From positions 6,707-70,706 of the forward strand of contig JAEUKN010000003.1 of NCBI GenBank assembly GCA_016794305.1: 64,000 nucleotides of DNA, in the 5' to 3' direction. The DNA is from Alphaproteobacteria bacterium (GTDB lineage: Bacteria > Pseudomonadota > Alphaproteobacteria > Micavibrionales > Micavibrionaceae). The notes below the pieces were generated by a model. The model did not search any database. It was not told the origin of the DNA and saw only the letters and a program-made list of their open reading frames with translations. A program made the translations under genes and the position numbers. Shown piece by piece: positions 18,691-27,259 of this stretch; position 1 is the stretch's first letter; every line of letters begins with the position of its first letter.

Positions 18691-20433
18691 ATGGCACATG
18701 CAGCCTCTAACATCCAAGACCGTGAAGACTCAAGCGATTTTGCCGCTCTTCTCTCGGAAACACTGACTCCCCAAGCAAAATTTTCTGGCCAGGTCCTTAA
18801 TGGCCGGATCGTTGACATTACCGATGAAATGGTCATCGTTGATGTCGGCTTAAAATCTGAAGGACGCATCTCAAAACGTGAATTCGCTATGCCGGGGCAG
18901 GAACCGGAAATTCGCATCGGCGACATGGTCGAAGTCTTCGTTGAACGTATGGAAGACCGTGACGGTTATACCGTTCTCTCCCGCGAAAAAGCGCGCCGTG
19001 AAGAAGTCTGGACCGTTCTGGAACGCAATTGTGAAGCCAAAGAACGCGTGACGGGTATTATCTTCTCGCGCGTGAAGGGCGGATTTACTGTTGATCTCGG
19101 CGGTGCTGTCGCATTCTTGCCGGGCTCTCAAGTGGATATTCGTCCTGTACGGGATATCTCTCCGCTCATGGGGACCCCACAACCCTTTATCATCCTGAAA
19201 ATGGACCGTCCGCGTGGCAATATCGTGGTTTCGCGTCGTGCGATTCTCGAAGAAAGCCGCGAAGAGGCCAGATCAGAATTGATGGGTCAATTGCGCGAAG
19301 GTTCAATTGTTCAGGGTGTGGTCAAAAACATCACTGATTACGGTGCCTTCATTGATTTGGGCGGTGTGGACGGGTTACTCCACGTGACCGACATTTCATG
19401 GAAACGCGTCAACCACCCATCCGAAGCTTTGAGTGTGGGTCAATCCATCGAAGTTCAAATTATTCGTTACAACGAAGAAAATCAGCGGATTTCGTTGGGT
19501 ATGAAGCAACTCGAATCCGATCCGTGGCTTGAAGTTGCCGGTAAATTCAAACCCGGCATGCGCACTTCGGGTAAAATCACCAACATCACTGATTACGGTG
19601 CGTTTGTTGAGTTGGAACCGGGTGTGGAAGGACTCGTTCACGTGTCGGAAATGTCATGGACCAAGAAAAACGTGCATCCGAACAAAATCGTCAATGCCGA
19701 TCAACAGGTCGAAGTCGAAGTGCTCGATATCGACATGGATAAACGCCGGATTTCATTGGGAATTAAACAAACCCAGCAAAATCCATGGTCTGCCTTTGCC
19801 CAAAACCATAAAGTCGGTGAAGATATTGACGGCGAGATTCGCAACGTGACCGAATTTGGTCTGTTTGTGGGGATGCCCGGCGATATTGACGGTATGGTGC
19901 ATTTGTCCGATGTGGCATGGGACGGCAATGAAGAGGCTCTGAAATCCTACAAAAAAGGCGATCAAATCAAGGTCAAAATTCTTGATATTGACGCGGAAAA
20001 AGAGCGGATTGCTCTGGGTGTCAAACAACTGACCGAAGACAAAAACGCCGGTGCATTGGCGGGATTGATCAAGGGGCAAGTTGTGACCTGTACGGTGCTC
20101 GAAGTCAATGACAAAGGCATTGAAGTTTCCGTTAACGAAAATGTGAAGGGCTCAATCAAACGTGCCGATCTGTCGCGTGAACGGTCCGAACAACGCCCTG
20201 ACCGTTTTGCGGTTGGCGAAAAAGTTGATGCCAAAATCACCGCGATTGACTCCAAAAAAGGTCAAATCACACTCTCCATCAAGCAACGTGAAATTGATGA
20301 GGACAAAGCCGCAATGGCCGAGTTCGGATCAACGGAATCCGGTGCGTCACTCGGTGATATTTTGGGTGCGGCCCTGAAGGACAGCAAACCTTCTGCCGGC
20401 GATGACGCAGCCAAAAAGAAAGCGGCGAAGTAA
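18691..20433 (+). CDS. rpsA: 30S ribosomal protein S1
   Basis: Six S1 motifs (for example GVVKNITDYGAFIDLGGVDGLLHVTDISW and GKITNITDYGAFVELEPGVEGLVHVSEMSW). Start set at the ATG at 18691 (MAHAAS...) after AAGGAAAAA rather than the ORF-track start at 18625. Confidence 0.93.
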   Translation: MAHAASNIQDREDSSDFAALLSETLTPQAKFSGQVLNGRIVDITDEMVIVDVGLKSEGRISKREFAMPGQEPEIRIGDMVEVFVERMEDRDGYTVLSREKARREEVWTVLERNCEAKERVTGIIFSRVKGGFTVDLGGAVAFLPGSQVDIRPVRDISPLMGTPQPFIILKMDRPRGNIVVSRRAILEESREEARSELMGQLREGSIVQGVVKNITDYGAFIDLGGVDGLLHVTDISWKRVNHPSEALSVGQSIEVQIIRYNEENQRISLGMKQLESDPWLEVAGKFKPGMRTSGKITNITDYGAFVELEPGVEGLVHVSEMSWTKKNVHPNKIVNADQQVEVEVLDIDMDKRRISLGIKQTQQNPWSAFAQNHKVGEDIDGEIRNVTEFGLFVGMPGDIDGMVHLSDVAWDGNEEALKSYKKGDQIKVKILDIDAEKERIALGVKQLTEDKNAGALAGLIKGQVVTCTVLEVNDKGIEVSVNENVKGSIKRADLSRERSEQRPDRFAVGEKVDAKITAIDSKKGQITLSIKQREIDEDKAAMAEFGSTESGASLGDILGAALKDSKPSAGDDAAKKKAAK

Positions 20434-20458
20434 TTTAACGTCCCCTCTAAGCAATTCC

Positions 20459-20486
20459 AAAATGGCCCCGCGGGGCCATTTTTTAT
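20459..20486 (+). terminator. rho-independent terminator after rpsA
   Basis: aaaatggccccg / cggggccatttt is a perfect 12-bp stem, followed by a T-run. Confidence 0.85.
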
Positions 20487-20541
20487 GCTGATATTTTGAA
20501 AAATAAAGCGGTTTGTGGTGATTTGGGATAAACCACACAAT

Positions 20542-20585
20542 TTGTCAATAATTTTATTGACAATAAGGCTATCTTGCTTTATGTT
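20542..20585 (+). promoter_or_regulatory. predicted sigma-70 promoter (TTGACA-17-TATGTT) overlapped by a perfect 10+10 bp palindrome
   Basis: TTGTCAATAA-tt-TTATTGACAA at 20542-20563. The right arm supplies the TTGACA (20557-20562). TATGTT at 20580-20585 follows a 17-nt spacer. Upstream of ORF 20622. Confidence 0.5.
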
Positions 20586-20621
20586 AAAATAATATTGTCT
20601 GCTTTTATATAGGCGTAAATA

Positions 20622-21134
20622 ATGGGTTTAGAATTAGCATTTAGCAATGTTCATTTGTGTCCTCAAATGCCCTCACTAGTTAGGGTATTGTTTATTCTTA
20701 TGGATAGAAGAGTTTTTTACCAAAGTTCAATCCAAGTCCCTTTGTCTGGAATATTTCATACAACCTCTCCAGAGCTACGTTTTATGCCTTATATCTCACA
20801 GTCCACTACATGTCCGATTGGACAAGAAGTTGGTCTTCAAAGTACAATTGGGAAGTATAACGTAAATTGCAACGTTGTTGCGGTTGTAACGCCATCTGGT
20901 ACTTTTGTGGGCCCATATAGCCCAACAGTGATCCAAGAGTTAGAAGCTGCAGGTTTTATACGCAATGAGGGAATAGGTGTCCCGCACATATATAACCGAG
21001 ACATGTGGCCCCGTAATGAAGCAGGAGATAAAGATTATTATTTAGTTAGATTGCTGTTCGAAGCTTGTAAAAAATTTGAACTTGAGTGCAAAAGGAGAAA
21101 AGATGGAGAAGGGTTACCTACTGCATCCTTATAA
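20622..21134 (+). CDS. hypothetical protein (orphan, AT-rich; start uncertain)
   Basis: Open frame of 170 codons. No convincing RBS at 20622; internal ATGs lie near 20700 and 20784. No recognisable motif. Has its own predicted promoter and terminator. Confidence 0.4.
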   Translation: MGLELAFSNVHLCPQMPSLVRVLFILMDRRVFYQSSIQVPLSGIFHTTSPELRFMPYISQSTTCPIGQEVGLQSTIGKYNVNCNVVAVVTPSGTFVGPYSPTVIQELEAAGFIRNEGIGVPHIYNRDMWPRNEAGDKDYYLVRLLFEACKKFELECKRRKDGEGLPTASL

Positions 21135-21168
21135 AATGAAATATCTGAAATGCGTTTCCTTACTTTTT

Positions 21169-21198
21169 AACCGCCCCGCCATGGGCGGTTTTATTTTT
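21169..21198 (+). terminator. rho-independent terminator
   Basis: aaccgccc-cgccat-gggcggtt followed by ttatttttc. Confidence 0.75.
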
Positions 21199-21269
21199 CT
21201 TTCCTTACACTTGCTTTTTTGCGGTGAAATGGATATGAGTAGAGGCATTGATAGTCAAGGATAAAAGAG

Positions 21270-22022
21270 ATGACCGCCGTATCTGCCATGAAACCCAAAC
21301 CGCACCCCAAATATAAACGTGTCTTGCTGAAAATGTCGGGGGAGGCCCTGATGGGTCCGCGCGAATTCGGGCTTGATCCCGCGACTGTGGCCCGCATTGC
21401 CGCAGATGTCAAGGATGTGGTGGATATGGGCGTTGAGGTGTGCATCGTCGTGGGCGCGGGCAATATTTTCCGCGGCGTGTCGGGCGCATCGAACGGGATG
21501 GACCGCACCACGGCTGATCATATGGGGATGCTGGGGATTGTGATTAATGCGTTGTGCATGCAAAATGCGCTCGAAAATATCGGGGTGAAAACCCGTGTGC
21601 AATCGGCTATTCAGATGGATCAGGTCTGTGAGCCGTATATTCGCCGCAAAGCCATGCGCCACATGGAAAAAGGCCGCGTGGTGATTTTTGCGGCCGGCAC
21701 CGGCAACCCTTATTTTACCTCGGATACTGGCGCGTCGCTTCGCGCGTCTGAGATGAATTGCGACCTGATCGCCAAGGGCACCAAGGTGGACGGGATTTAT
21801 ACCGCCGACCCGTTTAAGGACCCGCAGGCCAAGAAATACGACCATGTGACCTATATGGATATCCTGACCAAAGATTTGAAGGTGATGGATGCCACCGCTG
21901 TTTCCCTTGCGCGGGAAAATAAAATTCCGGTGATGGTGTTTTCTATCCGTGAGGAAGGCAATTTCGCCCGCGTGATTCAGGGCGAAGGCAGCTTTACCAT
22001 TGTCAGCGACAAAGCTCCGTAA
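21270..22022 (+). CDS. pyrH: UMP kinase
   Basis: 250 aa. [27 protein letters not shown] and [14 protein letters not shown]. Confidence 0.95.
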   Translation: MTAVSAMKPKPHPKYKRVLLKMSGEALMGPREFGLDPATVARIAADVKDVVDMGVEVCIVVGAGNIFRGVSGASNGMDRTTADHMGMLGIVINALCMQNALENIGVKTRVQSAIQMDQVCEPYIRRKAMRHMEKGRVVIFAAGTGNPYFTSDTGASLRASEMNCDLIAKGTKVDGIYTADPFKDPQAKKYDHVTYMDILTKDLKVMDATAVSLARENKIPVMVFSIREEGNFARVIQGEGSFTIVSDKAP

Positions 22023-22086
22023 CCGGGCCTTTGATCGGTTCCGTAACCGACACAAAATTGATCAACATATAGGATAGGAGTGGGAA

Positions 22087-22641
22087 ATGGCCATTGATTT
22101 GAACGATCTGAAATCGCGTATGAAGGGGGCCGTGGATGTGCTGGAAAAGGAACTCTCGGGCTTGCGCACCGGGCGGGCTTCGGTCAATATGCTCGAGCCG
22201 GTCACGGTTGAGGTGTACGGGGCGCGTATGCCGCTCAACCAAGTGGCCAACGTGAGCGTGCCGGAGCCGCGCATGCTCAATGTTCAGGTGTGGGACATGA
22301 GCAACACCAAGGCCGTGGAAAAAGCCATTCGTGATTCGGGGTTGGGACTCAACCCTCAGGCCGAAGGGTCATTGATCCGTGTGCCGGTGCCCGAACTCTC
22401 CACCGAACGCCGTCAGGAATTGCAAAAAGTTGCGGGAAAATATGCCGAACAAACCCGAATCGCCATTCGTAATATCCGCCGCGACGGCATGGACACGTTG
22501 AAAAAATCGGAAAAAGACAATGAAATTTCCGAAGACGAATTGAAAAAACTTTCCGATGACGTGCAAAAATTAACCGATCAATTTATTAAAAATGTCGATG
22601 ATCATTTGGCGAAGAAAGAGGCTGATCTATTAAAAGTTTAA
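22087..22641 (+). CDS. frr: ribosome recycling factor
   Basis: 184 aa. Contains [39 protein letters not shown] and [23 protein letters not shown]. Confidence 0.95.
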   Translation: MAIDLNDLKSRMKGAVDVLEKELSGLRTGRASVNMLEPVTVEVYGARMPLNQVANVSVPEPRMLNVQVWDMSNTKAVEKAIRDSGLGLNPQAEGSLIRVPVPELSTERRQELQKVAGKYAEQTRIAIRNIRRDGMDTLKKSEKDNEISEDELKKLSDDVQKLTDQFIKNVDDHLAKKEADLLKV

Positions 22642-22765
22642 AATATACCAATCCGGTATATGCGTTTTTGGTATATTTTGATAAATATGCCGAATTGGTA
22701 TATACCAAAAGCGTATAAAATTTATTATTTATAATAATGACCATAACCAAAAAGCCGTTTTTGTC

Positions 22766-23578
22766 GTGACAAAAAAATCGAACCAAAATTCACCTGACGC
22801 AGCCCTCACCATCCCCCGGCATATTGCAATTATTATGGATGGGAATGGCCGTTGGGCTAAGGCACGCGGATTGCCGCGCACGGTGGGGCATCAACGCGGA
22901 TCGGAGTCGGTGCGCAATGTGGTTAAATCTGCGCAGGAATTGGGCGTTAAGTATTTGACTTTGTTCGGTTTTTCATGTGAAAACTGGGCAAGGCCGGAAA
23001 CGGAAGTGAATGAATTGCTGCGGCTTTTGCGGCATTATTTGCGCTCCGAAACCTTGGAAATGCATAAAAACGGCATTAAATTGCGGGTGATTGGCAATCG
23101 TCATGCGTTTGATGCCGAGATTGTTGAGCTGATTAACCATGCCGAGCGTCTCACCGCTGAAAACCAGAAAATCACCCTTATTATCGCGCTCAATTACAGC
23201 GGTCGGCAGGATATTTTACATGCGGCGCAAGTCTTGAGTGATCATGTCGCCCGCGAAAAACGGCCATTTTCGCAAGAGGAAATTGACGCGCTGTTCCCGC
23301 AGCTGCTGATGACCGCCGGCATTCCCGACCCGGATTTGATGATTCGTACGAGCGGCGAGCAAAGATTATCGAATTTCCTCCTCTGGCCCTGCGCCTATAC
23401 GGAATTTGTGTTTACGCCGAAATTATGGCCCGATTTTGACCGTGAGTGTCTGATGCACGCCATTCGCGAATTTTCCAACCGCGACCGCCGTTTTGGTGCG
23501 CTGAATGCCCATGATATGGCCGAATCTCACGGGGTTGACGCGCCCCATCACCCGATAACGTGTCGCCAAAGCGCGTGA
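22766..23578 (+). CDS. uppS: di-trans,poly-cis-undecaprenyl-diphosphate synthase
   Basis: PRHIAIIMDGNGRWAK, FGFSCENW and IRTSGEQRLSNFLLW. GTG start is the only in-frame start upstream of the motifs. Confidence 0.9.
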   Translation: MTKKSNQNSPDAALTIPRHIAIIMDGNGRWAKARGLPRTVGHQRGSESVRNVVKSAQELGVKYLTLFGFSCENWARPETEVNELLRLLRHYLRSETLEMHKNGIKLRVIGNRHAFDAEIVELINHAERLTAENQKITLIIALNYSGRQDILHAAQVLSDHVAREKRPFSQEEIDALFPQLLMTAGIPDPDLMIRTSGEQRLSNFLLWPCAYTEFVFTPKLWPDFDRECLMHAIREFSNRDRRFGALNAHDMAESHGVDAPHHPITCRQSA

Positions 23579-23594
23579 GGATATGTGAGGATAT

Positions 23595-24308
23595 ATGGCC
23601 GCCTTACCATCTTACATTGTACGCATTTTATCATCACTGGTCCTTATTCCCTTGGTCGCCGGAGTGATTTTATGGGGTGGATGGGCGTTGGTGATGTTAT
23701 TGGCGACGTGTTTTTTGCTCTCGCTTTATGAATGGAACGGTTTGGCCTTTAAGATCACGCACAAGATTTGGGCGCGGGGGCTGTTGGTTCTGGCAGGTAT
23801 TCTCTATCTGGTTGTGCCGTTTCGCGATCTGGCGATGCTGGGGTTTAACGGGTTGAAATTGGGCGAAGACGGACGTATCGCCATTTTATATTTATTTGTG
23901 CTGATTTGGTCGAGTGATACGCTCGCCTATGTTATGGGTAAGAATATCGGCGGCCCCAAAATGACCCCGCATATTTCGCCCAATAAAACCTGGAGCGGCT
24001 ACGCCGGTGCGCTGCTGGGACCCGCCTTGGTGATGCCGCTGTTGTTTCGGGTCTTTCCGCTTGAGGGGTTGAATTCCCAAGCCCTCGGGCTGCCGCTATT
24101 ATGTCTGATGGGCGCCGTGATCGGGATGGTGGGGCAATCGGGTGATTTGCTCATTTCCTTCCTCAAACGCCGCGCGGGGGTGAAGGATACCGGGGCACTA
24201 ATCCCCGGTCATGGCGGTTTGCTGGACCGGATTGATGCACTCCTCCTCGCTGTCCCGGTGTTTTATGCCTATGTGTTGATGATGAGTGAGGTGATGGGCG
24301 AGGCGTGA
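23595..24308 (+). CDS. cdsA: phosphatidate cytidylyltransferase
   Basis: 237 aa multi-TM protein. SDTLAYVMGKNIGGPKM...ISPNKTWSGY and the C-terminal KRRAGVKDTGALIPGHGGLLDRIDA signature. Confidence 0.9.
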   Translation: MAALPSYIVRILSSLVLIPLVAGVILWGGWALVMLLATCFLLSLYEWNGLAFKITHKIWARGLLVLAGILYLVVPFRDLAMLGFNGLKLGEDGRIAILYLFVLIWSSDTLAYVMGKNIGGPKMTPHISPNKTWSGYAGALLGPALVMPLLFRVFPLEGLNSQALGLPLLCLMGAVIGMVGQSGDLLISFLKRRAGVKDTGALIPGHGGLLDRIDALLLAVPVFYAYVLMMSEVMGEA

Positions 24309-24514
24309 TATCATATGATTTTTACCCTTGTAACACGCTTGGGTTTTTTCACCACGAAGTCACGAAGCCACGAAGATAACACGAAGTTTTATTCGCAAAA
24401 TGTTGAGGAAGAAAACGTTTTTTACATGGAGAACAGAGGCGCAAAGAATTTTAAGATTTTTCAGGTTTGAGTGAGTACCAATAGTCATGAATTTTAAAAG
24501 AGAATAAGGTGACA

Positions 24515-25219
24515 ATGATGAGTTTATCGACTGTGATAATTACTGGCGCAAATAGAGGCATAGGTTTTGAGCTCACTAAACGATTTTTATTGTCCAATGA
24601 ATGGAAAATTCTAGCCTGTTGCCGGAATCCTGATGGTGCGGATGCCTTAAAAGACCTTGCGGAAAATTCAAGCAACAGAGTTGAAATATGCAGATTAGAT
24701 CTAACCAATGAAAATTCTATCAAAGCTTTTTCAGAAAAAATCAGTGGTAGGGCAATCGATGTTCTTTTAAATAATGCAGGGATTATGGGTGGGAATCACC
24801 AATCAGCCTTTGATATGGATTTTGACGCTTGGTTTGAGACTTTTAAAGTCAACACTATGGCACCCCTTAGAATGGTGCAAGCGAGCATAGAAAATTTACG
24901 GCAATCGTCAAATCCTAGAATCATAACTATTTCCAGCCAAATGGGATCGCTAAATCGTATGGGCAAAGGCTCTTACGCCTATAGGTCATCTAAAGCTGCT
25001 CTTAACAAAGTTATGCAAGTCTTGGCTGCTGAGTTAGAACAAGAAGGCATTATCGTCACCGTAATGCATCCGGGGTGGGTCCAAACAGATATGGGGGGAA
25101 AAGATGCCGATATTTCGCCTCAAGCAAGTGCCGAAGGTTTATTTAGGGTCATTACATCGCTCAAAAAATCTGACAATGGTCGATTCTTACAATGGACTGG
25201 CGAAGATCACCCATGGTGA
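24515..25219 (+). CDS. short-chain dehydrogenase/reductase (classical SDR, CsgA/C-factor-like)
   Basis: VIITGANRGIGFEL (TGxxxGxG), NNAG, and YRSSKAALN (YxxxK). ATG at 24515 after AAGG. Visibly AT-richer than cdsA. Confidence 0.85.
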   Translation: MMSLSTVIITGANRGIGFELTKRFLLSNEWKILACCRNPDGADALKDLAENSSNRVEICRLDLTNENSIKAFSEKISGRAIDVLLNNAGIMGGNHQSAFDMDFDAWFETFKVNTMAPLRMVQASIENLRQSSNPRIITISSQMGSLNRMGKGSYAYRSSKAALNKVMQVLAAELEQEGIIVTVMHPGWVQTDMGGKDADISPQASAEGLFRVITSLKKSDNGRFLQWTGEDHPW

Positions 25220-25249
25220 CTTTACAACAACCGCGCGATGCCATAAATC

Positions 25250-27259
25250 TTAGTTAAGCCCTTTCAGGTATGTTTCCACCTTGTTAAATTCGGCATAGAT
25301 ACCTGAGAGAATTAGGTCTTTTTGGTCGCGGTCGCATTCGCCCTGATGCTCGGCTTCGGAGCAAAGTCGATGGAGCAACATGGCCCCCAGATTTCCTGAC
25401 GCGCCCTTGAAACTATGCGCGGCCTTACTCCATTCTTGGGCGTTATCCTCCATTTGCGCGGTTTTAAGCATATCAAAGGAGATATAGGCGGTCTCCAAAA
25501 ACAGGTTAATGACCATTTGTTCCGTGTCTTTATCGCCTTCGGTAAACTCCTGAAGGCGGGAGAGGTCCACGGGCACGCTGTCATCGAGCATCTGTTGCGC
25601 GGTGGGGCCGGGGGATGTCGTGTTCCCGTCATGGCCCGTCAGGCTTGAGGAATTACCTTCCTCCGTTGCGTGAGTATGCGAGTTGTTGGCCGCGCCGATC
25701 CATTGCGCGATACAGGATTTAAATTGCGTGTAGTTGAGCGGTTTGCTCAAATAATCATCCATTCCCGCCGCCAAACATTTTTCACGTTCACCCAGCATGG
25801 CGTTGGCAGTCATGGCAATGATGGGGGTGCGGCTGTTGAGTTGTTTTTCCATGTCGCGGATCAGGCTGGTGGTTTCATATCCGTCCAGTTCCGGCATTTG
25901 GCAATCCATCAGGATAAAATCATAGGTATTTTTGCGCAGCAAAGAGATAGACTCAAAACCGTTGAGCGCACTGTCAATATGTTTCAGGCCCAGTTTTTTC
26001 AGCCATTTGACCACCAACATCTGGTTAATCGGGTGATCTTCGACCACCAGTGCCTTGATGATTTTAAGGTCAACGCCCTCCAGCGCATCTTCGTTATTGG
26101 CCTTGATTTCAGTTTGCAAGATATCTTGCTGCGGGGCTTCAATGATCGGAATAGAGAGGTAAAAGGTCGTGCCGAAATTAACCTTACTGGTAAAGCCGAT
26201 TTGCCCGCCCATCATTTCCACCAGATTTTTCGTGATGGCAAGACCCAAGCCCGTACCGCCAAATTTGCGAGAGATGGAGGTGTCGGCCTGAGAAAATTTG
26301 TTGAAGAGGTTTTTGTGGAATTCATCGGGGATGCCGATGCCCGTATCCTGAACCTGAATCATCAGGACCGAACCGCTTGGCACTGCGCGGTAATCTACGC
26401 TCAGAGTCACGCTCCCGGTTTCGGTGAATTTGATGGCATTGCCCACCAGATTGAAAATAATTTGTTGAATGCGCTTGCCGTCGCCGCACAACCATTCCGG
26501 CACATTGAAATTCATATGCATGTCCAGTAACAGGCTTTTTTTCTGGGCAATCGGCATCGTCAACCCATGAATATTTTTCAAGATATCACGGGTTTTAAAG
26601 GCGTAATGCTCGATCTCCAGCTCTTGCGCTTCGATTTTCGAAAGGTCAAGAATATCGTTGAGAATGGTCAGTAAGGACATGCCCGAACTATGAATGGCAT
26701 CGACACATTCGCGCACATCCTGGGTGATCTCCGTGCCCTGTAAAATTTCCGCCAATCCCAAGATTCCGTTCATCGGGGTGCGCAGTTCGTGGCTCATATT
26801 CGCTAAAAATTCGCTCTTGGCTTTGGTGGCGGCTTCGGCATTTTTGATCGCGCGAAGAAGTTGGGATTCTGCGGTTTTGCGTTCAGTGATATCGCGCTCG
26901 GTCACGAGGAAATAAACACAATCGCCACTCTCAGGGTCCAAAATCGGATTGAGGTTAATCTCCACCCAATATTCATACCCTTCTTTGCTATAGTTTAAAA
27001 TTTCGGCGCAAATTGTGCTCTGATTTTCGATCGCATGGGCAATCCGCGCGAGGGTTTTTTTATCGGTTTTGGGCCCTTGAAGAAATCGCGGAGTTTTGCC
27101 GATCACCTCATCCGCTTCATATCCCGTCAGGTTGGTAAATCCCCTATTCACATAGACAATTTCAGGGCCGATAGTGCGGTTTTCCTGAGTTGATTTGGTG
27201 ATGATAATGGCGTCCGTGGTGTAATCCGCCATTTGGGATAGGATGGTTTTAAGTGCCAT
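25250..27259 (-). CDS. hybrid sensor histidine kinase (PAS-HisKA-HATPase-REC-HPt)
   Basis: PAS (YVNRGFTNLTGYEADEVIGKTPRFLQG), H-box MSHELRTPMNGILG, N-box NLVGNAIKFT, G-boxes DTGIGI and GGTGLGLAI, receiver (LMDCQMPELDGYE, SKPL), and HPt (HSFKGASGNLGA). Start placed at the ATG at 27259 (MALKT...), overlapping the upstream gene by 11 nt. Confidence 0.88.
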   Translation of the reverse strand: MALKTILSQMADYTTDAIIITKSTQENRTIGPEIVYVNRGFTNLTGYEADEVIGKTPRFLQGPKTDKKTLARIAHAIENQSTICAEILNYSKEGYEYWVEINLNPILDPESGDCVYFLVTERDITERKTAESQLLRAIKNAEAATKAKSEFLANMSHELRTPMNGILGLAEILQGTEITQDVRECVDAIHSSGMSLLTILNDILDLSKIEAQELEIEHYAFKTRDILKNIHGLTMPIAQKKSLLLDMHMNFNVPEWLCGDGKRIQQIIFNLVGNAIKFTETGSVTLSVDYRAVPSGSVLMIQVQDTGIGIPDEFHKNLFNKFSQADTSISRKFGGTGLGLAITKNLVEMMGGQIGFTSKVNFGTTFYLSIPIIEAPQQDILQTEIKANNEDALEGVDLKIIKALVVEDHPINQMLVVKWLKKLGLKHIDSALNGFESISLLRKNTYDFILMDCQMPELDGYETTSLIRDMEKQLNSRTPIIAMTANAMLGEREKCLAAGMDDYLSKPLNYTQFKSCIAQWIGAANNSHTHATEEGNSSSLTGHDGNTTSPGPTAQQMLDDSVPVDLSRLQEFTEGDKDTEQMVINLFLETAYISFDMLKTAQMEDNAQEWSKAAHSFKGASGNLGAMLLHRLCSEAEHQGECDRDQKDLILSGIYAEFNKVETYLKGLN

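Noticed and set aside
21255-22055. 266-aa minus-strand ORF spanning the whole pyrH locus
   Set aside because: It is antisense to a clearly motif-bearing pyrH ([20 protein letters not shown]). Its product is Arg/His/Gly-rich with no motifs, a typical shadow ORF of a GC-biased gene.
25670-26530. 286-aa plus-strand ORF inside the hybrid histidine kinase
   Set aside because: It lies opposite the HisKA/HATPase/REC motifs of the minus-strand kinase and has no motifs of its own. Shadow ORF. The same reasoning applies to 60345-60884 (in prfC), 56933-57397 (in ftsH), 41118-41498 (in purF), 15477-15932 (in parE) and 52630-53160 (in the pilin-like gene).
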